Below, piece after piece: positions 62,623 through 64,000 of a stretch of 64,000 bases of DNA. How positions within the stretch are numbered: the stretch's first letter is position 1; every line of letters begins with the position of its first letter. Source of the stretch: Nitrospirota bacterium (lineage in GTDB: Bacteria; Nitrospirota; Nitrospiria; Nitrospirales; NS-4); NCBI GenBank assembly GCA_963788195.1, contig CAWBGA010000001.1, forward strand, positions 1 to 64,000. Reading direction: 5' to 3'. The notes beneath the pieces are model-generated. The model was given only the letters and a program-made list of their open reading frames with translations. It was not told the DNA's origin and made no database searches. Both the position numbers and the translations under genes were made by a program.

Positions 62623-63372
62623 ATGAAACCATTAAAGATGGCAGTCTCGGGGGTCCTATTGGTGGCGTTAATGCTGCCGTGGTCAGGAAAAGCGGCCGAA
62701 GACAGCCTAAAGGAACCCGCTCCCCCGCCCCAGAGCTTGGAGAACCCTAACCCTCCATCCGTGCAGAGCCCAGCAATGCCCCTCTATCGTGCGCCCAAGG
62801 GCTCGGTGCCAGGAGGTCGCCTGAAAGGGAGCATTCGGGGCGGTAAGGATTTTCCTGTCCTTCAAGTATTAGCTCCCAATCACGTAGGATTGACCCGGCA
62901 AAGGCAACCAATCCTCTACTGGTATATTTCGAAAGTCACTAAGTATCCTATCGAGTTCACATTGGTGGACAGCCGGGCAATTCAGCCCCTCATTGAGACA
63001 CGGCTGCGTCCACCCACTCAAGCAGGGGTGCAGCGTATCTCGTTGAGAGACTATGGGGTAAACCTGGATGAAGATGTGCCCTACCGCTGGTTTGTCACAT
63101 TGATCATCGATCCTTCGAATCCCTCGAAAGACGTCACTGCAGGAGCCATCATTGAACGCGTCGACTATGTGGAGTCTTTGCTTATTTTCGAAGAGGACCC
63201 GGCACGTCTGGCGAGTGCAGGGCTGTGGTATGACGCGATCCGCAAGCTTTCAGAGCTCATTGAAGCGAATCCGAATGACCACTTCCTTGGCATGCAGCGC
63301 GCAGCGTTGCTATCACAAGTAGGTCTGCCGGAGATTGCAGAGGCTGAGTTGAGGCGAAACGGAAAGCACTGA
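62623..63372 (+). CDS. DUF928 domain protein
   Basis: GLT...P.LYWY, YRWFV, AGLWYDA, LLSQVGL; follows the CHAT gene. Confidence 0.88.
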   Translation: MKPLKMAVSGVLLVALMLPWSGKAAEDSLKEPAPPPQSLENPNPPSVQSPAMPLYRAPKGSVPGGRLKGSIRGGKDFPVLQVLAPNHVGLTRQRQPILYWYISKVTKYPIEFTLVDSRAIQPLIETRLRPPTQAGVQRISLRDYGVNLDEDVPYRWFVTLIIDPSNPSKDVTAGAIIERVDYVESLLIFEEDPARLASAGLWYDAIRKLSELIEANPNDHFLGMQRAALLSQVGLPEIAEAELRRNGKH

Positions 63373-63479
63373 GCAGCCCAGGTAGCTCCTGTATTTTTAG
63401 TATCCGACCAGATACGCGCAATCTCGATTTAGATGCACCAGGAAGTTCGCTATATAGATTTTAATACTGATGTCGTCTC

Positions 63480-63960
63480 CTGGTCACAGCCTACCGAACA
63501 CTCGCCGAGGCGCCATTACACCCGCCCGCCCCGATGACCGCCGAAGACGTCCTCTTTTCCCGGGGCACCCGCCCGCCCCGAGGCCGCCGAGACGCCTCCT
63601 GGCATATTTTTCCGAGTGCACCCGACCAGATACGCTCCCGAGGCCGCCGAGACGTCCTCTTTTCATGGCACCCACCTGCCCTGGAGTTTGCCAAGACTAA
63701 CTCCTTTGCCCCTGGCACCCGCCCGCCAAGCAAAGCTTGCTCGCCATTGCACCCAGCCCACCCCCGAGCCTGCCAATGCAGGCTCGCCCAACCCATGGAT
63801 CTGCCGGGGCAGACTCCTTCGCCCCTGCCGAGTCGTTTCTCCCTTGGGCCTGATGGCTATGGAGGCCCCGGACAGATTCTCTGCAGGTTCCTAGCTGCCC
63901 TGGCAGTTTGCCATGACAGGTCCTTCGCCCTTGGACGGCCTCTTTGACCCGGCAATCACC
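63480..63960 (-). repeat. Modular G-rich dispersed repeat, locus C (inverted)
   Basis: Multiple CACCCGCCC, TGCCAAGAC and internal cccgaggccgccgagacg duplications. Confidence 0.75.
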
Positions 63961-64000
63961 CTGGAAAGATGCGTTGTCTGTGGCATGCCGAATGCCTATC

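Overview
The window has two parts. Bases 1 to ~4050 are extremely GC-rich, heavily frameshifted DNA that looks actinobacterial (Acidimicrobiia-like, inferred). It carries a 2Fe-2S/molybdopterin oxidoreductase, a Tat-type thioredoxin-like gene, iscA/erpA, a SufR-like regulator and the start of an Mrp/DUF59 gene. At ~4049 the sequence switches mid-gene to moderate-GC DNA with Nitrospirota-like gene content (inferred), most likely a chimeric join. This second part contains three tRNAs (Arg-ACG, Gly-GCC, Arg-TCG), a decayed integrase/excisionase remnant and housekeeping genes (tandem thyX, hemD, gltBD, polyprenyl synthase, TetR-RND efflux). A ~9.7 kb accessory block lies between two convergent tRNAs. 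It encodes a PilZ-PilZ-LuxD-like-methyltransferase fusion whose catalytic Ser and His are both substituted, and a nitrosocyanin-like cupredoxin fusion. There is also an orphan RiPP-type radical SAM gene, and a sigma54-linked cluster of lipoprotein, small ORF, subtilase, Cys-rich secreted protein, FHA-like protein, TPR-CHAT protease and DUF928. A modular G-rich dispersed repeat family occurs at three intergenic loci. Several single frameshifts are probably residual sequencing indels. All calls come from visual motif recognition, with no database searches.
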